Shown piece by piece: positions 61,730-64,000 of a DNA stretch of 64,000 bases. The DNA lies in contig CAXXWQ010000003.1 of NCBI GenBank assembly GCA_963674945.2, positions 320,001 to 384,000 of the forward strand. The letters run 5' to 3'. This stretch comes from an uncultured Desulfosarcina sp. Lineage in GTDB: Bacteria; Desulfobacterota; Desulfobacteria; Desulfobacterales; Desulfosarcinaceae. Under the pieces are notes generated by a model that had not been told where the DNA came from, did no database searches, and saw only the letters and a list, made by a program, of their open reading frames with translations. The translations under genes were made by a program, and so were the position numbers. Every line of letters starts with the position of its first letter. Within the stretch, counting starts at the first letter, position 1.

Positions 61730-61786
61730 TGGTTCACGTCGATGGCAGGATACGCATAGCGTTTGGTGTGTGAAGCAGTCAATTCA

Positions 61787-63298
61787 TCATGACATCTCTA
61801 ACAGATACTTGCCTTTCACCCTTTTGTCCTCAGATATATGCCACCGTTTATGCGTCAAAGTGTCTAAAAAACGCTGGTCATGGCTCACGAGAAGCATTCC
61901 GCAGGGACAATCGGCCAGGGCTTGCTCTAAACATTCGATGGAAGGCAAATCAAGGTGGTTGGTCGGCTCATCCATGATGATAAGATGCGGTACGTTGGCG
62001 ATACCGGTGGCAAGAAGAATTTTCCGAATCTCTCCGGGACTGGGCGCTATGCTTTCCAACAGTCGTTGGGGTCTTGATCCCAGACAGCTGACGACGGTCA
62101 TCATTTGCCCCAGTTTATTATGGGGAAGATCTCGCGCCCGGGCCATGATATCCTTCGATGCATGGATATCAATCTCTTGTGGTAAATAGGTGACATGATC
62201 TTCCTGCAGATGAAGCGATTGTAGAATATGGTTGATCAATGTGCTTTTCCCGCTGCCGTTCGACCCTGTAAGGGCGATACGATCATCGGGTTTCATGGAC
62301 AAATCGGGAAAATGCAGCCATCTGTCTCCTCCCAGGGACAGTGACCCGGCGGGAAAGTTGAACAGGGTGTCTCGTCTTGATTTTGCTCCCGACATCCAGA
62401 TCCCCAGCGTATTCGTTTTCTTAACCCTGATACGATCCATTTTCATGCGAGCCTGGGATAGGCGACCACCGAGCTGGTTTAATCGTTTTCCGGCAATGCC
62501 GTCTTTTCCGGTCAGACGGCCCAAATTGATTTTTTCCCGCCCGTCACGGTCCTTTGACGCCAATCCTCTCTTCGATCGCTTTCGATTCGCCTGTGAGGCG
62601 GCATCCCTGCGTTTGGCCGCCTCACGCCGTAATCTTGAGAATTCATGTTTGGCTTGAGCACGTTGTTTTTGAACGGACATCTCATCCTTCACCGCCTGCT
62701 TTGCGCCCTGGGAATAGTTGCCCGGTCGTAATATGGCTTCCGGTGGTTCGATAAAGAGGCATTGATGGCATAAATTATTTAAAAGCGCACGGTCGTGGCT
62801 GACCAGAATCCCGACACCGCGAAAGTCCGAAAGCGCGGCAAACAATTTATTCTGTGCTTCGATATCGAGATGATTGGTGGGTTCGTCCACCGCCAGGACC
62901 TGCGGTTTCTGCCACAAAGCAACGGCGATCTGAGCCCGTTTACGCTCACCGTGGCTAAGGGTTTTCCACCGCTTTCCCCAATCATCTTCGACGCCCAATC
63001 GACCTTTGATCAAGACGGCTTCTCTATCGACTGCATGAATCAGATCGTTTAGCTGCTCCGGTGCATTATCCGTTCGTTGCTGGCAGTAAACCACGAAATC
63101 AGGGATGCTCATTTGTCCTTGCTGTGGCTCCAGGCCGCCGGTGGCAAGTTTCAAAACAGTGCTTTTCCCCACTCCGTTAGCGCCAACGATGCCGGTCCAG
63201 CCTCGGTTGAAGTGTGCCGACAAATTAAGGATCAAGGGTTGGGTCGCCCTGTCATAACCAAATGATACATTTTGAAATCGGACAGACAAATCGGCCAT
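61787..63298 (-). CDS. ABC-F family ATPase (ribosome-associated, ARE-like)
   Basis: Two NBDs (GANGVGKST/DEPTNHLD; GSNGSGKST/DEPTNHLD), VSHD twice, basic helical linker, no TM segments. Confidence 0.9.
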   Translation of the reverse strand: MADLSVRFQNVSFGYDRATQPLILNLSAHFNRGWTGIVGANGVGKSTVLKLATGGLEPQQGQMSIPDFVVYCQQRTDNAPEQLNDLIHAVDREAVLIKGRLGVEDDWGKRWKTLSHGERKRAQIAVALWQKPQVLAVDEPTNHLDIEAQNKLFAALSDFRGVGILVSHDRALLNNLCHQCLFIEPPEAILRPGNYSQGAKQAVKDEMSVQKQRAQAKHEFSRLRREAAKRRDAASQANRKRSKRGLASKDRDGREKINLGRLTGKDGIAGKRLNQLGGRLSQARMKMDRIRVKKTNTLGIWMSGAKSRRDTLFNFPAGSLSLGGDRWLHFPDLSMKPDDRIALTGSNGSGKSTLINHILQSLHLQEDHVTYLPQEIDIHASKDIMARARDLPHNKLGQMMTVVSCLGSRPQRLLESIAPSPGEIRKILLATGIANVPHLIIMDEPTNHLDLPSIECLEQALADCPCGMLLVSHDQRFLDTLTHKRWHISEDKRVKGKYLLEMS

Positions 63299-63309
63299 GG
63301 GTATCCTCT

Positions 63310-63338
63310 AAATAAAAAAGCCACGGTTGCCCGTGGCT
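63310..63338 (-). terminator. Intrinsic terminator in the ABC-F 5' leader (attenuator)
   Basis: Minus strand agccacgg-gcaa-ccgtggct-tttttattt, ending about 11 nt before the ABC-F ATG. Confidence 0.85.
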
Positions 63339-63388
63339 GTCAATGGTATTGGAAATGAAGTTGTACTATGAGCAACGGGTCAGAGTCG

Positions 63389-63432
63389 TCAACACACACC
63401 TATCAGAAAAGGCAAATATGCCATTCTTCCAT
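63389..63432 (-). promoter_or_regulatory. Candidate leader-peptide uORF(s)
   Basis: MAYLPFLIGVC* (63424-63389) and overlapping MEEWHICLF* (63432-63403), upstream of a candidate antiterminator at 63371-63379. Confidence 0.55.
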
Positions 63433-63893
63433 GTGTTACCAATGTTTCATTTGGAATATCGGTGTGGTTGTGGCGATATTATTTTTTCACCCCGTTAGCC
63501 CCTTATCTTAATTGCGGTAGTGGATTTTCAGATTTGGATGATAAAATTTGCCCCGTTACGTATCAGGTACAAGGTGGTATGTCAATTTCAAAACGGAACC
63601 GGTATCCGGATGGCATTTGCCGAAAAATAAGCCGCCCAAGTGCTGAGACATTTAGATACTAATTTTCCATACCCTCTGTCAAATGATGAGATAGAAACGA
63701 TTCCGTTCACCTTCTGATTATAAATGGAGACAAGAATGTCATGGGGATCAAGAAAATTTGACATAGCTTCGCGTCACGGGTATAGAGTTTAGAAAAAATC
63801 TCAAGATAACAAGGGCAAAAATATTGATTTGGGATGAAGGAGTTTTCCGTTTACAGATTAACACAGCTTTGAGCAATGTAGAGAATAATTATA

Positions 63894-64000
63894 ATGGGTG
63901 ACAGGGAGTATAGCCGCACTGCAGAACTCACCGCCGCCATCCGTGCCTGGCACTATTTACACGGAGAGCATCCGCTAATCTTGGAAGATCCAATTGCAAT
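63894..64000 (+). CDS. Class I SAM-dependent methyltransferase (LCM-like), partial
   Basis: MGDREYSRTAELTAAIRAWH...LILEDPIA matches the S.TA...A..RA...DP N-terminal pattern. Confidence 0.65.
   Translation, partial: MGDREYSRTAELTAAIRAWHYLHGEHPLILEDPIA

Noticed and set aside
1..64000. tRNA, rRNA, classical riboswitch, prophage or defence genes
   Set aside because: None recognised by eye; a covariance-model scan would be needed to exclude small RNAs

Overview
Bacterial chromosomal window. Gene content and style suggest an anaerobic deltaproteobacterium (Desulfobacterales-like; inference). It is an accessory, compositionally mosaic region dominated by acyl-CoA catabolism. From left to right: (i) partial acyl-CoA dehydrogenase, GntR regulator, MFS transporter and a four-subunit 2-oxoacid:ferredoxin oxidoreductase; (ii) a cluster with three crotonases, a split AtuA-like pair, a two-subunit CoA-transferase, two tandem desulforedoxin-like microproteins (40 and 46 aa, missed by the ORF track), a USP and a FabK/NMO flavoenzyme; (iii) a lipoprotein with a candidate sigma54 promoter, and a stand-alone glycyl radical enzyme with an atypical GCID Cys loop and no activase in the window; (iv) EmrAB, rubredoxin-like proteins and a DUF294/exonuclease pair; (v) a TetR-linked beta-oxidation/SSS/SDR/CaiB/4-hydroxybutyryl-CoA dehydratase cluster; (vi) a Liv-type ABC transporter with UroD/MtaA-like and DUF169 genes; (vii) IHF, SRAP remnants and an ABC-F gene under a uORF/terminator attenuator. 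Four complete IS elements have readable ends and target duplications: one 2456-bp large-transposase IS, one IS1595 with NrdR-box-like repeats, and two apparently identical IS1380 copies. At least eight genes are disrupted, so the island appears to be decaying. No rRNA, tRNA or CRISPR array was seen.
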